A stretch of 64,000 bases of DNA, from NCBI GenBank assembly GCA_038064895.1, contig JBBTSA010000009.1, positions 13,595-77,594 on the forward strand, in the 5' to 3' direction. The DNA is from Patescibacteria group bacterium (GTDB lineage: Bacteria; Patescibacteriota; Microgenomatia; Daviesbacterales; UBA10151). This document shows positions 46,161 through 57,157 of the stretch, piece after piece (position 1 is the stretch's first letter; the number at the start of each line of letters is the position of its first letter). Made by a program: the position numbers and the translations under genes. The notes below the pieces were generated by a model. It was given only the letters and a program-made list of their open reading frames with translations, searched no databases and was not told the DNA's origin.

Positions 46161-46460
46161 TTAACGTTTAGGTGATTGTTTTTTTGTCTTTACATAAACT
46201 TCTTCATGTGGACCGATTTCTAGAAAACTAACTGTAGCCCTACCAAGCCACAGATAGACAATTCTAATATTATCCATTATAGAAAATGCCCATTTACCCT
46301 TCATTCTCTTCGTCAAAGAATGATTATCTAGTCTAGTATCGTTTGGATTATGCTTAAATCGACTGACATTTTTCTCTATCTCTTTTTCTAAATCCGGGGA
46401 TTCAACCAATAAATCTTCCCAATCCCTGTTATACGTACCAGACTTTCTAAGCTTTACCAT
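46161..46460 (-). CDS. RelE/ParE-superfamily toxin
   Basis: 99 aa. 'HSLTKRMKGKWAFSIMDNIRIVYLW...EIGPHEEVY' is a RelE-like fold pattern. Overlaps the antitoxin gene by 14 nt. Confidence 0.6.
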   Translation of the reverse strand: MVKLRKSGTYNRDWEDLLVESPDLEKEIEKNVSRFKHNPNDTRLDNHSLTKRMKGKWAFSIMDNIRIVYLWLGRATVSFLEIGPHEEVYVKTKKQSPKR

Positions 46461-46746
46461 GCCTTCTAGCTGCTACTCTTTTACGCATTTCTCGAAAATA
46501 TTTACGTAGATCTTCATCAGTTTCAATGACTGTATCATTTTCTTCCGGTTCTTTTTCTGATTCTAGAACTCTGTTTTCAAACCATCTGGGGAATCCATTC
46601 TCAGTTATCTCTTCCTCCTGATAAACAATTTTTCTTAGAGCATCTCGTATAAGTTCACTTATGGAAGTATACCTTCGTTCTGCCACAATTTTTTTGGCAT
46701 CTTTATACATCTCTTTTGGCAATGAAATATTGATTGTAGTTGTCAT
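46447..46746 (-). CDS. Ribbon-helix-helix (CopG/ParD-like) antitoxin
   Basis: 'INISLPKEMYKDAKKIVAE...SISELIRDALRK' is the RHH motif. Acidic C-terminal tail. Confidence 0.65.
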   Translation of the reverse strand: MTTTINISLPKEMYKDAKKIVAERRYTSISELIRDALRKIVYQEEEITENGFPRWFENRVLESEKEPEENDTVIETDEDLRKYFREMRKRVAARRHGKA

Positions 46747-46753
46747 ATTCTAT

Positions 46754-46774
46754 ATTGTATGATATTCATACAAT
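46754..46774 (-). promoter_or_regulatory. Toxin-antitoxin promoter and operator. A perfect 9-bp inverted repeat ATTGTATGA-TAT-TCATACAAT overlaps a -10 (TACAAT). The -35 TTGACA sits at 46779-46784, abutting the rpsI stop.
   Basis: Seen directly. Confidence 0.45.
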
Positions 46775-46783
46775 CTTTGTCAA

Positions 46784-47179
46784 CTACCTCTTTGGAGATT
46801 GTTTTCTGGCTCTTGCTTTTCCAGCATGACCATATTTCCTTCTTTCCTTAACTCTTGCATCACGAGTTAAATACCCTTCTTTTTTTAATATTACACGAAG
46901 TGAGGAATCTGCCTTGGAAATTGCCCTGGCAATTCCATGGATAACTGCTCCAAGTTGTGCAACTTTCCCCCCCCCTTCAACTTTTACAGAAATATTATAC
47001 TTACCTACTGTTTTAGTAACTTCTAGCGGCCTACTATAAAGCTTTTGAAAAACAAGTCCCAAAAAATATTCAGCGATTGGTTTACCATTAACAGTTATTT
47101 GAACAAGTCCTTCCCCTTTTGATAATCTGACTCTGGCAAGAGCTTCTTTTCTTCTACCGACTGTTGATATTGTTTCCAT
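46784..47179 (-). CDS. rpsI: 30S ribosomal protein S9
   Basis: C-terminal '...GKARARKQSPKR'. Confidence 0.9.
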   Translation of the reverse strand: METISTVGRRKEALARVRLSKGEGLVQITVNGKPIAEYFLGLVFQKLYSRPLEVTKTVGKYNISVKVEGGGKVAQLGAVIHGIARAISKADSSLRVILKKEGYLTRDARVKERRKYGHAGKARARKQSPKR

Positions 47180-47571
47180 TACTTGACTTCCTCTGCAAAC
47201 ACTTTTAGTTTTTTAATCATTTGTCTTCCCAACTTATTCTTAGGCAGCATTCCGGAAACTGCATGCTCAATAATATATTCCGGTTTCCTTATCATTATCT
47301 TTTCAAAAGTCTCCTCCTTTAATCCTCCAGGATAACCTGAATGTCTTCTGTAAACTTTATTCATTGCTTTTTTACCAGTTACTTTTACTTTTGATGCATT
47401 AGTAACTATTACATAATCTCCAGTGTCTAAATAAGGTACATAGTTTGGTTTATTTTTTCCCATTAGGATCTTTGCTATCTCTGTAGCAAGTCTGCCTAAG
47501 ACTTTATCTGATGCATCAATGATGTGCTTTTCTCTTTTTATATCTTTTGCTGACAGAGCATTGGTACTCAT
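47179..47571 (-). CDS. rplM: 50S ribosomal protein L13
   Basis: Typical L13 length and motifs. Confidence 0.9.
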   Translation of the reverse strand: MSTNALSAKDIKREKHIIDASDKVLGRLATEIAKILMGKNKPNYVPYLDTGDYVIVTNASKVKVTGKKAMNKVYRRHSGYPGGLKEETFEKIMIRKPEYIIEHAVSGMLPKNKLGRQMIKKLKVFAEEVK

Positions 47572-48038
47572 TTTTTCTTGGCTCTCTTTCTTGGAGCAGA
47601 TTTTTTAGGTCCCACTCTTTCCTTAGGAGTTTCTTTCTCCTTCTTACTTGTTACTTGTACCTTATTACTTGCCTGTCCTGAGCTTGTAGAATGGATTACC
47701 TTTTCTAGTGGCTTTAACTCCTCTGCTCCAATCAAACTCATCCTCACAACCATTGTTTGATCACCTAATCTCCTACCTAATTTAATAAGGGATGTATATC
47801 CGGAGTTCCTACTACCTAATTTTGGGATAATTTCTTTTATTACCCGGTCTTGTAAATTTTTATCATTTATAAAAGATTGTAGTCTTGCCTGGCTATGTTT
47901 TTTTTTAGCCAGATTAATCACCTTATCAACTAAACTTTTAACTGCTTTGGCGTTTGCCTCCGAAGTCTCGATAGTCCCGTATAGAAAAAGAGAATTTAGT
48001 AGACTTTTAAAAAGTAGGGGGGAGGACCTATACTTCAC
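47568..48038 (-). CDS. rplQ: 50S ribosomal protein L17 (with a basic C-terminal extension)
   Basis: '...[29 protein letters not shown]...'. Confidence 0.85.
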   Translation of the reverse strand: MKYRSSPLLFKSLLNSLFLYGTIETSEANAKAVKSLVDKVINLAKKKHSQARLQSFINDKNLQDRVIKEIIPKLGSRNSGYTSLIKLGRRLGDQTMVVRMSLIGAEELKPLEKVIHSTSSGQASNKVQVTSKKEKETPKERVGPKKSAPRKRAKKK

Positions 48039-48930
48039 GCAAACTAAGCCCCCTTTCTGAAAGCTTTTCAGAAATTAGCGCTACAGATTTTGTTCCCAAA
48101 TTTTTTGCTTTCAAAAGTCCCTGTCGGGGAATATTTATTAAATCCTCAACAGTATTAACCTCAAAAGCCTTCAAAGCATTAGTTATTCGAACCGGCAAAT
48201 CGAGTTCTTCTACTGTCATCTTTAATACTTCTTCGGAAACTAAAGGAGTCTCTTGTATCATTTCCTCTTCAGGAGCAGGCTCGTAAATTCTTCTGAAAGT
48301 ATCAGATAAGATTCTTGCTGCCTCACTTAATACATCCAAAGGTGTCATTGTACCGTCTGTCGTAATATCTAAAATTAACTTATCAAAATCAGCGCGTCTC
48401 CCAACTCTTGTAGGTTCAACATCGTAATTCACCGAAACAACAGGGGTAAATAAAGCATCAACGGAAATTACACCAATTTCACTGAATTTTCTCTCTTCTG
48501 CGACAGAGTATCCTTTGCCTCTTTCTGCGGAAAGTTCTATACTAAGTTTAGATTTAGCGTCTGTTAAAGTTGCCAGATGAGCATCAGGATTTGCGATTTC
48601 ACCATCTCCTTCAATTTCAAAATCACCTGCTTTCACTTGTCTTTTACCGGATGCTTTTAAAGACAGTTTAATCGGTTGATCCGCAACCCTAATGCGCATT
48701 TTTTTAATATTTAAGATAATTTCAATAACATCCTCTAATATCCCTTCAATCGTTGAAAATTGATGAGACACTCCATCTATCTTCACAGATGTTACGGCAG
48801 AACCCGTCAAAGCAGAAAGGAGTACTCTTCGTAAACTATTTCCTAGTGTATGGCCAAACCCGCTCTCTAACGGCTCTAAGGCAATTTTTGCAAAATTTTC
48901 TTTTTCTTCCTCTATCTTAACTTTAAACAT
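48028..48930 (-). CDS. rpoA: DNA-directed RNA polymerase subunit alpha
   Basis: 'LEPLESGFGHTLGNSLRRVLLS'. Confidence 0.9.
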   Translation of the reverse strand: MFKVKIEEEKENFAKIALEPLESGFGHTLGNSLRRVLLSALTGSAVTSVKIDGVSHQFSTIEGILEDVIEIILNIKKMRIRVADQPIKLSLKASGKRQVKAGDFEIEGDGEIANPDAHLATLTDAKSKLSIELSAERGKGYSVAEERKFSEIGVISVDALFTPVVSVNYDVEPTRVGRRADFDKLILDITTDGTMTPLDVLSEAARILSDTFRRIYEPAPEEEMIQETPLVSEEVLKMTVEELDLPVRITNALKAFEVNTVEDLINIPRQGLLKAKNLGTKSVALISEKLSERGLSLREV

Positions 48931-48971
48931 ATGTTTATATGATGTAAAACCTCAGCTTAAATGCTTCAAGT

Positions 48972-49574
48972 CTAACGACTGTAATACTCAACAACCAATT
49001 GCTCATTGACTCCTTGTTCCATCTCTTCTCTTGTAGGCATTCTTAAAACCTTGCCTACGGTAGCCTGTCTTTCAAGCCACTCTGGCAAGGTACTTTCTAC
49101 TTCTAAACTCTCTTTAACTTGAGCATTATCCGACAATTTGGACGATAATGCAATAGTCTGCCCGACTCTAACATTAAATGAAGGAATCGTCACTTTATTT
49201 CCATCTACTATGATATGACCGTGTGAGACCAGTTGTCGCGCTCCTGCTCTACTCTTTACAAAACCTAAGCGATAAACTATATTATCAAGTCTTGTCTCTA
49301 AGCTCTTAAGTAGTGCCAGTCCCGTTGATCCTCTTAGTTTATTTGCATTTTCAAAATATCTTTTAAATTGTCGTTCCAATACCCCAAAAATTCTTTTTAG
49401 TTTTTGCTTCTCTCGAAGTTGCGTACCATATTCAGAAATCCTTCTCCTCATTCTAAATCCGTGCTGACCGGGTGGAATTGCACCTTTTCTCTCAATTGCC
49501 TTAATATCTTTCGTAAATAAAGGCATGCCCTCACGTCTTGATAATCTTCTTTTTGGACCAATGTAACGAGCCAT
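48972..49574 (-). CDS. rpsD: 30S ribosomal protein S4
   Basis: N-terminal 'MARYIGPKRRLSRREG'. Confidence 0.9.
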   Translation of the reverse strand: MARYIGPKRRLSRREGMPLFTKDIKAIERKGAIPPGQHGFRMRRRISEYGTQLREKQKLKRIFGVLERQFKRYFENANKLRGSTGLALLKSLETRLDNIVYRLGFVKSRAGARQLVSHGHIIVDGNKVTIPSFNVRVGQTIALSSKLSDNAQVKESLEVESTLPEWLERQATVGKVLRMPTREEMEQGVNEQLVVEYYSR

Positions 49575-49966
49575 TAAACGCGTCTCCTTTTTTTAGGTCT
49601 TGGACCATTATGAGGAATTGGTGTAACATCTGCGATCATTGTAAGAGAAATTCCTGCACTACGTAGTGCTTTTACTGTAGCATCTCGACCAGATCCTGGT
49701 CCCTTAATGTATACCTCAACTGATACAATACCTAATTCTTTTGCTTTTTGTGCTACCTTTTCCATAGCAGAAATAGCTGCAAAAGGAGTTGCTTTCCTCG
49801 CACCCTTGAAACCCGAAGAGCCGGATGTTCCCCAAGTCAAAGTATTACCAGAGTTATCTGTAAGTGTTACTAACGTATTGTTAAAAGTAGCTGTAACGTA
49901 GACTCTACCGCTAGTAAGTTTACGTTCAGGAGTCTGTTTCTTTTTGATTTGTTTTTTCTTTGCCAT
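49574..49966 (-). CDS. rpsK: 30S ribosomal protein S11
   Basis: Conserved S11 blocks. Confidence 0.9.
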   Translation of the reverse strand: MAKKKQIKKKQTPERKLTSGRVYVTATFNNTLVTLTDNSGNTLTWGTSGSSGFKGARKATPFAAISAMEKVAQKAKELGIVSVEVYIKGPGSGRDATVKALRSAGISLTMIADVTPIPHNGPRPKKRRRV

Positions 49967-49967
49967 A

Positions 49968-50375
49968 TTACTCGGTTTTACCTCCTTCTACTTTTGCAGC
50001 CGGAGCTTCTTCCTTTTTAATTGCACCTACAGTTTTTCTTTTTCCTCTTTTGGTTCTTGCATTCGATCTTGTCCTTTGTCCTCTTGCTGGCAAGCCTTTC
50101 TTATGCCTTAAACCTCTATAGCTGCCAATTTCTTCAAGTCTTTTAATATTTTGTTCATTTTCTTGCCTCAAATCTCCTTCAACCTTAAATTGATCAACAC
50201 TTCTTTGTAATTTGTTTATCTCTTCCTCGGTTAAATCTTTTACTCTTTTACTGGCCTCTACCCCTGCATTTTTAATAACACTTGTCACATTAGAACGACC
50301 TATACCATATATGTATGTCAAACCGATATCTAGTCTTTTATTTTCAGGAAGATCTACACCTGCAATACGGGCCAT
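49968..50375 (-). CDS. rpsM: 30S ribosomal protein S13
   Basis: N-terminal '[10 protein letters not shown]'. Confidence 0.9.
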   Translation of the reverse strand: MARIAGVDLPENKRLDIGLTYIYGIGRSNVTSVIKNAGVEASKRVKDLTEEEINKLQRSVDQFKVEGDLRQENEQNIKRLEEIGSYRGLRHKKGLPARGQRTRSNARTKRGKRKTVGAIKKEEAPAAKVEGGKTE

Positions 50376-50405
50376 TAAAATATACCTCCCAATTTAAAAT
50401 TCATA

Positions 50406-50522
50406 TCATCCTTGTCTTTGTTTATGTCTTGGGTCACGGGGACAGATGACATAAAGTATGCCTTCCCTTTTTACTATTTTGCAAAACTTACACCTTGTTT
50501 TAATACTGGCTTGAACCTTCAC
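50406..50522 (-). CDS. rpmJ: 50S ribosomal protein L36 (38 aa, GTG start), missed by the ORF track
   Basis: Translation (M)[37 protein letters not shown]. Confidence 0.8.
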   Translation of the reverse strand: MKVQASIKTRCKFCKIVKREGILYVICPRDPRHKQRQG

Positions 50523-50533
50523 GTTTTAATTCC

Positions 50534-50776
50534 TTATTTAATTCTAAAAGTAATTCTACCCTTATCCAAATCATATTTCGGACTCATTTCAATCCTAACT
50601 CTATCTCCTTCCAAAAGCCTTATATAGTGCATCCTCATTCTACCGGAGATATGACAAAGAATTACTCTGCCTATCAGTTCAGGCAGATCACGACTCTCTT
50701 CAATCTCAACTCTAAATAGGGTATTAGGTAAGACTTCAATAACTTTACCCGCAACCTCAATGACATCTTTTGCCAT
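50534..50776 (-). CDS. infA: Translation initiation factor IF-1 (the track ORF extends to 50839)
   Basis: '[23 protein letters not shown]...' is the S1-like IF-1. Confidence 0.85.
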   Translation of the reverse strand: MAKDVIEVAGKVIEVLPNTLFRVEIEESRDLPELIGRVILCHISGRMRMHYIRLLEGDRVRIEMSPKYDLDKGRITFRIK

Positions 50777-50892
50777 CCTTCGACTCCTTTCATCCTTCGA
50801 CTTACTCAGGATGACCCTGAGTATAATCGAATGGGTCATTCGCTCAGGATAAATATCCTACCAAAATTAGCTTCAAAATACAACCCATAGAA

Positions 50893-51642
50893 TTATACAC
50901 TTCTCCAATCTGTTAAAACTTCAGCCCTATCCTTTCCTACTATCACAGTCATTTCAAAAAGCCCTCCCCAAGATTTATCGGATGAAGAAAAAGTCCAACC
51001 GTCTTTTTCTAAAGTTACCTCATGGGTACCTTTTGCATAAATTGCTTCTAGTGCCAAAGTCATACCTTCTCTTAACATCATCCCTGTTCCTTTACTGCCA
51101 AAACATGGAATTTCAGGATCCTCATGTAAACTTTTTCCTATCCCATGCCCTACCAGACTCCTGACAACATGATACCCTGCGCCTTCCACCTTAGACTGGA
51201 TGGCATACGATATATCACCCACTTTATTATTCCTAATTGCTTGTGTAACTGCGTACCATAAAGCTTCTTCCCCAACTTTTAAGAATGTTTCTTTTTCCCT
51301 ATCTTCTCCTAAAAGGATACTCCAAGCACAATCTGTATGCCAACCCTTATAAACAACCGCTAAGTCAATACTTACTATATCTCCTTTGGCAAATTTGCGG
51401 CCTGTTGGTATCCCATGAACAACCTGCTCGTTCACGGTTATACAGGTTGCATACTTATAGTTAGGGACTGTTTTATAAGACAAATCTCCTCCTAAACTAT
51501 GTATTTCTTCATTAACAATTTTATCAACTGCAAGCTCACTAACCCCTACTTTTACTGAATCCAAAGCTTTTCTTAAGGCAGCCGCCGCAATCTTACCACT
51601 CTTTTTTATTAGTTCTAACTCGTACCTGTTTCTCTTTTTCAT
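50893..51642 (-). CDS. map: Methionine aminopeptidase type I
   Basis: Pita-bread fold metal ligands. Confidence 0.9.
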   Translation of the reverse strand: MKKRNRYELELIKKSGKIAAAALRKALDSVKVGVSELAVDKIVNEEIHSLGGDLSYKTVPNYKYATCITVNEQVVHGIPTGRKFAKGDIVSIDLAVVYKGWHTDCAWSILLGEDREKETFLKVGEEALWYAVTQAIRNNKVGDISYAIQSKVEGAGYHVVRSLVGHGIGKSLHEDPEIPCFGSKGTGMMLREGMTLALEAIYAKGTHEVTLEKDGWTFSSSDKSWGGLFEMTVIVGKDRAEVLTDWRSV

Positions 51643-52172
51643 TTATTTAAACCCTCTCTTAAACTATCCTGAATATCTTTAATTTCACCTTCACCACTAA
51701 TTTCTAATAAAATCCCTTTATTTTTATAGTATTTGAGTAAAGGTTCTGTTTGTTCAAAATAAATTTCTAGTCTTTTTTTAATAAGATCTTTAGTATCATC
51801 TTCCCTTCCTCTTTTAAGAAGTCTATCCAAAGCTACGTCTTGAGAAACCTTAAAATAAATTGCTTTATCGAAATTTAAATCTTCTACTTTTTTTGCCTGT
51901 TCCAGTGTCCTTGGATAACCATCCAGAATAAAACCATTCCTTGAGTCATCTCTTTCGATTCTTTCTCTTATAAGTTTTGCAACAGTTTCATCATCAACCA
52001 AATTGCCTGCAGTCAAAAGCTGTTTTATTCTTTTTCCTTTTTCAGTATCGGATGAAGCAATTTCCCTTAAAATATCACCGGTTACAATAAAAGGAGTTTT
52101 AAAATATTCTGCTAAAAGTTTACCTTGTGTTGATTTACCTGATCCTTGCGGACCTAGTAATAATATTTTCAT
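51639..52172 (-). CDS. adk: Adenylate kinase (short form)
   Basis: P-loop 'GPQGSGKST'. Confidence 0.9.
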   Translation of the reverse strand: MKILLLGPQGSGKSTQGKLLAEYFKTPFIVTGDILREIASSDTEKGKRIKQLLTAGNLVDDETVAKLIRERIERDDSRNGFILDGYPRTLEQAKKVEDLNFDKAIYFKVSQDVALDRLLKRGREDDTKDLIKKRLEIYFEQTEPLLKYYKNKGILLEISGEGEIKDIQDSLREGLNK

Positions 52173-53458
52173 TTTGCAAATACCTCATAGCTTCTTTCGA
52201 TAAGTTTTGACTCAAACTGTTTGGCAGTATCCATAATTACCGATACAACAATCAAAAGTCCTGTCCCTCCCAAGATTAAGGTTTGAATTCCTGTTATTGC
52301 AGAGGCAATGGATGGTAAAATAGCAATAGAACCCAAAAATATGGCTCCTGTTAATGTTATCCTTACCATAATATAGTTTAAAAAAGAAGCTGTTTGAGTC
52401 CCCGGCCTAATACCTGGTATAAATCCTCCATATTTTTTTATTTCTTCTGCAACTTTTGTTGGGTTAAAAATCACTGCTGTATAAAAGAAGGTGAAACCGC
52501 AAACTAAAAGGAAATACAAAAGGTTATAAGTAAAAGAAGAAGGATCAAAATTAGAAACTAAAAATCTTCCCAGAAAGTTTAGCTGTGGCTGATTCTGTTG
52601 CGAAAGGAACGATCCTGCGAAAGAAGGGATAAGTACCAAGGATACTGCAAAAATAATCGGAATAACTCCGGCTTGATTAACCCGTAAGGGTAAATAAGTT
52701 TGCGCACCTCCACCTGCTTCCCGTCCTCCTATAAATCTTCTTGCATACTGTACAGTAATTTGTCTTCTTCCTTCATTAATAAACACTACTCCTGCAACTG
52801 TTAAAATACCCAAAGAAGCAAACAATAAAATATTAAAAATTTGAGTTTGGTCCAAAACAGAAGCAGTTTGGGTAAAAACTACAGGAATCCTTGAAACAAT
52901 TCCTGCAAAGATTAAAAGCGATATCCCATTACCAATACCATATTCGGAAATTAACTCTCCGAGCCACATTAAAAAAATAGTGCCGGCAGTCATTCCCACT
53001 ATAATAGAAGCAAGTTGGATTGGAGTAACTTGAGTCAAAATACCCTGATTTTTTAAGAGTACAAACATGCCGATAGCTTGCAAGAAAGCCAAGGGAACGG
53101 TTAAATACCTGGTATACTGATTTATCATTTGTCGCCCCATTTCACCCTCCTTCGATAAAGCTTCCAGTTTCGGCATAATCATTGTTAAAAGTTGCATAAT
53201 TATTGATGCATTAATGTAAGGATTTAGTCCTAAAGAAATTACCGAGAAATTAGCTAAAGTTCCACCTGAAAAAATATCTAAAAGAGATAAAAATTGATTG
53301 GAAGAAAATAGAGCTTGCAGGGCCCCAAGGTCAATTCCTGAAACTGGAATATGTGCAACAATCCTAAATATTACAATAATTACTATGGTGATAATTATTT
53401 TGCGTCTAAGGTCTGGAATCTTAAAGGCAGTAAGTATGGGATTTAAAATATCAAGCAT
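52169..53458 (-). CDS. secY: Preprotein translocase SecY
   Basis: 10-TM SecY. Confidence 0.9.
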   Translation of the reverse strand: MLDILNPILTAFKIPDLRRKIIITIVIIVIFRIVAHIPVSGIDLGALQALFSSNQFLSLLDIFSGGTLANFSVISLGLNPYINASIIMQLLTMIMPKLEALSKEGEMGRQMINQYTRYLTVPLAFLQAIGMFVLLKNQGILTQVTPIQLASIIVGMTAGTIFLMWLGELISEYGIGNGISLLIFAGIVSRIPVVFTQTASVLDQTQIFNILLFASLGILTVAGVVFINEGRRQITVQYARRFIGGREAGGGAQTYLPLRVNQAGVIPIIFAVSLVLIPSFAGSFLSQQNQPQLNFLGRFLVSNFDPSSFTYNLLYFLLVCGFTFFYTAVIFNPTKVAEEIKKYGGFIPGIRPGTQTASFLNYIMVRITLTGAIFLGSIAILPSIASAITGIQTLILGGTGLLIVVSVIMDTAKQFESKLIERSYEVFAK

Positions 53459-53885
53459 AAGTTACCTGCCCCTTTACTTTTAAAATCTTTTCTTTGGCAG
53501 TTTTTGAAACCGGCAATTTAACTACCAATGCTTTTTTAACTTCTCCCGTACCTAAAATTTTAACCCCTCTTTTAGCCTCTTTCTCGGTAATTACTTTTGC
53601 TTTTAAAAGCGCCTCTAAATCTATTGTAGATTTAGCCGGGAAATATTTAAACAAAGATAAAAAAACTATTTTAGGGTTTGGTGAAAATTTAGGATTACCT
53701 AAACCTCTTCTTTTCGGCAGTTTTTTATAAAAGGAAAGGTCCCCACTAAACGTAGGCGGAATCTTACCCCTGGCTTTCTGTCCCTTGTTGCCTCTTCCGG
53801 CAGTTTTACCTTTTCCGCTACCTATGCCGCGACCAACCCTTTTGTTACCTTTATTCTTAACTTTTATTAACTGATGAATCCTCAT
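53451..53885 (-). CDS. rplO: 50S ribosomal protein L15
   Basis: '[23 protein letters not shown]'. Confidence 0.9.
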   Translation of the reverse strand: MRIHQLIKVKNKGNKRVGRGIGSGKGKTAGRGNKGQKARGKIPPTFSGDLSFYKKLPKRRGLGNPKFSPNPKIVFLSLFKYFPAKSTIDLEALLKAKVITEKEAKRGVKILGTGEVKKALVVKLPVSKTAKEKILKVKGQVTYA

Positions 53886-53887
53886 TT

Positions 53888-54394
53888 TTAATGTGTATCC
53901 TTTATTTCCGTGTTTTTAACGTTTCCCGGCTTTAGCATCCTAAGTGCTTGCATTGTTGCATAGACATTAGATGCCTGATTTTTTGTTCCTAATATTTTTG
54001 AGACAATATCGGAAATGCCGGCGGCCTCAACAACAACCCTTACTGCACCTCCAGCAATAACACCAGTTCCCAAAGGCGCAGGCTTTAAAAGAACCTTAGC
54101 TGCCCCGGTTTTAACTGAAATTTCATGAGGAATGGTACCCCCTCTTAACGGAACGGAAATGAAGTGTCTCTTTGCATAAGCTGTAGCCTTTCTTACGGCG
54201 GATTGTACCTCTTGAGCTTTTCCTAAACCAACCCCCACACGTCCTTTTCTATCCCCAACAACAACCAGAACAGAAAGAGATCTCCGATCGCCTCCTTTAG
54301 TCTTCTTTGATACTCTATTCACTTGAACAACCCTTTCAAAGAACTCAGACCCTTCCTGCTGCATATTCTTATTGTATCTGTAGTTTGGCTTCAT
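53888..54394 (-). CDS. rpsE: 30S ribosomal protein S5. No L30 gene follows it.
   Basis: dsRBD and S5 C-terminal motifs. Confidence 0.9.
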   Translation of the reverse strand: MKPNYRYNKNMQQEGSEFFERVVQVNRVSKKTKGGDRRSLSVLVVVGDRKGRVGVGLGKAQEVQSAVRKATAYAKRHFISVPLRGGTIPHEISVKTGAAKVLLKPAPLGTGVIAGGAVRVVVEAAGISDIVSKILGTKNQASNVYATMQALRMLKPGNVKNTEIKDTH

Positions 54395-54421
54395 AATAAT
54401 TAGTAATTAGTGCTGAGTACA

Positions 54422-54754
54422 CTAAAATTCCAACCCTCCTTCCCTTGCACCTTTTGCAAGTTCACTTATTCTACCATGGTATAAAAAACCTCCTCTATCA
54501 AACACAACTTTGGTAATATTTTTTTTTATAGCTTTGTGTCCTAAAGTCTTCCCGACATTATACGATTTCTCACTCTTTTTGCCTGTAACTTTTACATCAG
54601 ATGCCCAAACTAAAGTTTTACCAGTTGTATCGTCAATAATTTGTGCGTAAATATGTCGATTAGATCTAAACACAGAAAGCCTGAACCTACCACTAGTTCC
54701 GACTATCCTTTTCCTTATTTTTAAATGTCTTTTAACCCTTAAAGTTTTCTTCAT
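54422..54754 (-). CDS. rplR: 50S ribosomal protein L18
   Basis: Conserved L18 blocks. Confidence 0.9.
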   Translation of the reverse strand: MKKTLRVKRHLKIRKRIVGTSGRFRLSVFRSNRHIYAQIIDDTTGKTLVWASDVKVTGKKSEKSYNVGKTLGHKAIKKNITKVVFDRGGFLYHGRISELAKGAREGGLEF

Positions 54755-54771
54755 AAAATTTTAAATTCAAA

Positions 54772-55365
54772 TTATTTATTCCCTCCTATCCCTACTGTTC
54801 CTACCTTAGCAGCCTTACCTGCCTTTTTCCTAATATATTCGCCCTCAAACCTTATACCTTTACCTTTATAAACATCAGGTACTTTAATTTTCCTAATGTT
54901 AGCAGCTACTTGTCCAACAAATTGCTTATCGCAACCCAAAACAGTAATCTTTGTGTTATCACTAACCTCAAATGTTACATTCTCGGGAGCATTTACTTCT
55001 ACGGGATGAGAGAATCCAATATTTAGGTTTAATTTTTTCCCATCTGTTTGAGCCCTAAACCCAACACCCACAAGCTCCAGATTTCTACTCCACCCTTTTG
55101 TTACGCCACTTATCATATTGGCAATTAAACTTCTTGTTAAACCATGTAGAGAACGGACATTTTTATCATCACTTTCTCTTCTTACAATAATCCTATCACC
55201 CTCTACCTCTACCTTAACTGTTGGATCAAAATTAAAATCTAACTTCCCCTTAGGACCATTTACCACTACGGTATTACCAATCTTTTCAATGGTTACTCCA
55301 GAAGGTATTTGTATCGGTAAGTTTCCTATCCTACTCATAATTTTAAATTGCGCGGGTGTTACCAC
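54772..55365 (-). CDS. rplF: 50S ribosomal protein L6
   Basis: Conserved L6 blocks. Confidence 0.9.
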   Translation of the reverse strand: MVTPAQFKIMSRIGNLPIQIPSGVTIEKIGNTVVVNGPKGKLDFNFDPTVKVEVEGDRIIVRRESDDKNVRSLHGLTRSLIANMISGVTKGWSRNLELVGVGFRAQTDGKKLNLNIGFSHPVEVNAPENVTFEVSDNTKITVLGCDKQFVGQVAANIRKIKVPDVYKGKGIRFEGEYIRKKAGKAAKVGTVGIGGNK

Positions 55366-55733
55366 ACGAGCGCCAGTACTTCGCCTCCTACATTTTGTTT
55401 TCTTGCATCAACATCTGTCATTACACCTTTTGGCGTTGAAATAATGGCAATCCCGAGACCTCCCATAACTTTTGGGAGTTGGTTAACCCCTTTATATATT
55501 CTTAGAGATGGCCTTGAGACTCTTTTTAAATTTGTAATTGATGGAACTCGACCATTATATTTAAGCTGCACTTCAAGGTTATTACCCTTCTTGTCAACCT
55601 TTCCGAGATAACCCTCTTTTTGAAGCAGTTTCAATACTGCAAGAGTTAACTTAGAATATTTAACCAGGATACTCTGTGCACCTACTAAATAACCATTTTT
55701 AATTCTAATTAAAGCATCTGTAGTTGTATCCAT
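55359..55733 (-). CDS. rpsH: 30S ribosomal protein S8
   Basis: Conserved S8 blocks. Confidence 0.9.
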   Translation of the reverse strand: MDTTTDALIRIKNGYLVGAQSILVKYSKLTLAVLKLLQKEGYLGKVDKKGNNLEVQLKYNGRVPSITNLKRVSRPSLRIYKGVNQLPKVMGGLGIAIISTPKGVMTDVDARKQNVGGEVLALVW

Positions 55734-55737
55734 AAAT

Positions 55738-55917
55738 TTACCAACTCGCTTTCTTCACCCCTGGTAAAACACCTAGGTGAGCTAATTCTCTAAAACAAAG
55801 TCTGCAAAGACCAAAACGCCTGATGTAACCTCTAGATCTACCACAGCGTAAACATCTGTTTCTTTTTTGTACTTCGAACTTAAACCGGCTTTTAACAATA
55901 TTACTTACCTTTGCCAT
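55738..55917 (-). CDS. rpsN: 30S ribosomal protein S14, zinc-binding Z-type (59 aa), missed by the ORF track
   Basis: Translation [59 protein letters not shown]. Confidence 0.85.
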   Translation of the reverse strand: MAKVSNIVKSRFKFEVQKRNRCLRCGRSRGYIRRFGLCRLCFRELAHLGVLPGVKKASW

Positions 55918-56464
55918 CTCGCACTTCCTCTCTGAAAGGCATTCCTAAATACTCTAAGAGTTTTCTGCCCTCTTCTTTTGTTTTTGCGACTGTTGCTATT
56001 GTTACTGCCAAGCCTCTTGTTTTATCAATTGTTTTGTAATCTACTTCCGGGAAAATAATTTGTTCCTTAAGCCCTATATTTAAATTCCCATGCGTATCAA
56101 AAGACGAGAGTTGAATACCTTTAAAATCCCTAACTTTTGGCAAAACAACACTAACTAGTTTGTCTAAAAAAGAATACATCCTATCTCCACGGAGAGTTAT
56201 CATTACACCAATTGTTTGACCTTTGCTTAATTTAAATGTAGAAATTGATTTTTTAGCACGAGTCACAACCGGTATCTGTCCAGATAAAGCAGCAAGATAA
56301 ACTTTTGCTTTCTCTAAAATGGAAGAATTATCTTTAGCATCGCCCAAACCCATGCTTATCACAATTTTTTCAACATGCGGCACTTCTAGGCTACTTTTTA
56401 ACCCCAATTCCTGTTGCAACTTTTGTCTTATTTGGTTTAAATATTTTTCCTTAAGTCTTTGCAT
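55901..56464 (-). CDS. rplE: 50S ribosomal protein L5
   Basis: Conserved L5 blocks. Confidence 0.9.
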   Translation of the reverse strand: MQRLKEKYLNQIRQKLQQELGLKSSLEVPHVEKIVISMGLGDAKDNSSILEKAKVYLAALSGQIPVVTRAKKSISTFKLSKGQTIGVMITLRGDRMYSFLDKLVSVVLPKVRDFKGIQLSSFDTHGNLNIGLKEQIIFPEVDYKTIDKTRGLAVTIATVAKTKEEGRKLLEYLGMPFREEVRDGKGK

Positions 56465-56768
56465 CTTTTATTTCCTTTTTGCATTTTTTACATATTCTTA
56501 ACTTTTCTTTTCCCATTATCTTAAACCCCACTCTAGTTGGCTTTTTACAGCTTGGGCAAAGCAAAGCCACATTGGATACATCCAGCGATTTTGGAATATC
56601 TAGAATACCCCCTTTTGTATCTCCCACCTTTCTAACATGTCTTTTGTAGACATTTACTCCTTCTACAAATAAACGTTTTTCTTTCCCTAAAACAAATTTA
56701 ACCTCTCCAGTTTTCCCTCTGTCCTTCCCTAGCATTATTTTTACTTTGTCACCTTTCTTAATTTTCAT
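56451..56768 (-). CDS. rplX: 50S ribosomal protein L24 with a C-terminal Cys4 zinc-ribbon extension
   Basis: KOW motif 'IKKGDKVKIMLGKDRGKTGEV'. C-terminal 'CPSCKK...CKKCKK'. Confidence 0.85.
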   Translation of the reverse strand: MKIKKGDKVKIMLGKDRGKTGEVKFVLGKEKRLFVEGVNVYKRHVRKVGDTKGGILDIPKSLDVSNVALLCPSCKKPTRVGFKIMGKEKLRICKKCKKEIKDAKT

Positions 56769-56788
56769 AATAATTAGTGAACTCCTTT

Positions 56789-57157
56789 CTACCAGACTTC
56801 CTGGGCTAAAGAAACAATCTTTGTAAAGCCCTTGTCTCTTACTTCTCTTGCGATCGGGCCAAAGATTCGAGTTGAGCGTAAATTACCATCATTATCAATT
56901 ATTACACCGGCATTATCGTCGAATTTGACATAGGAACCATCCAACCTTCTTACTTCCTTCTTGGTCCTTACAACTATAACTTTGACCTTCTCGTGATCGG
57001 AAACTGTGCCATTAGGATCTGCTCCCTTTACAACTGCCACAACAATTTCCCCAACTGTTGCTTTTCTTTTACCTGAACCACCCAATGGCTGAATAACTTG
57101 TAAAAGTTTTGCTCCACTATTATCCGCAACTGTAAGCATCGTTCTATGCTGCACCAT
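56789..57157 (-). CDS. rplN: 50S ribosomal protein L14
   Basis: Conserved L14 blocks. Confidence 0.9.
   Translation of the reverse strand: MVQHRTMLTVADNSGAKLLQVIQPLGGSGKRKATVGEIVVAVVKGADPNGTVSDHEKVKVIVVRTKKEVRRLDGSYVKFDDNAGVIIDNDGNLRSTRIFGPIAREVRDKGFTKIVSLAQEVW

Noticed and set aside
55118-55611. Plus-strand ORFs of 108 and 87 aa
   Set aside because: They are antisense to rplF and rpsH.
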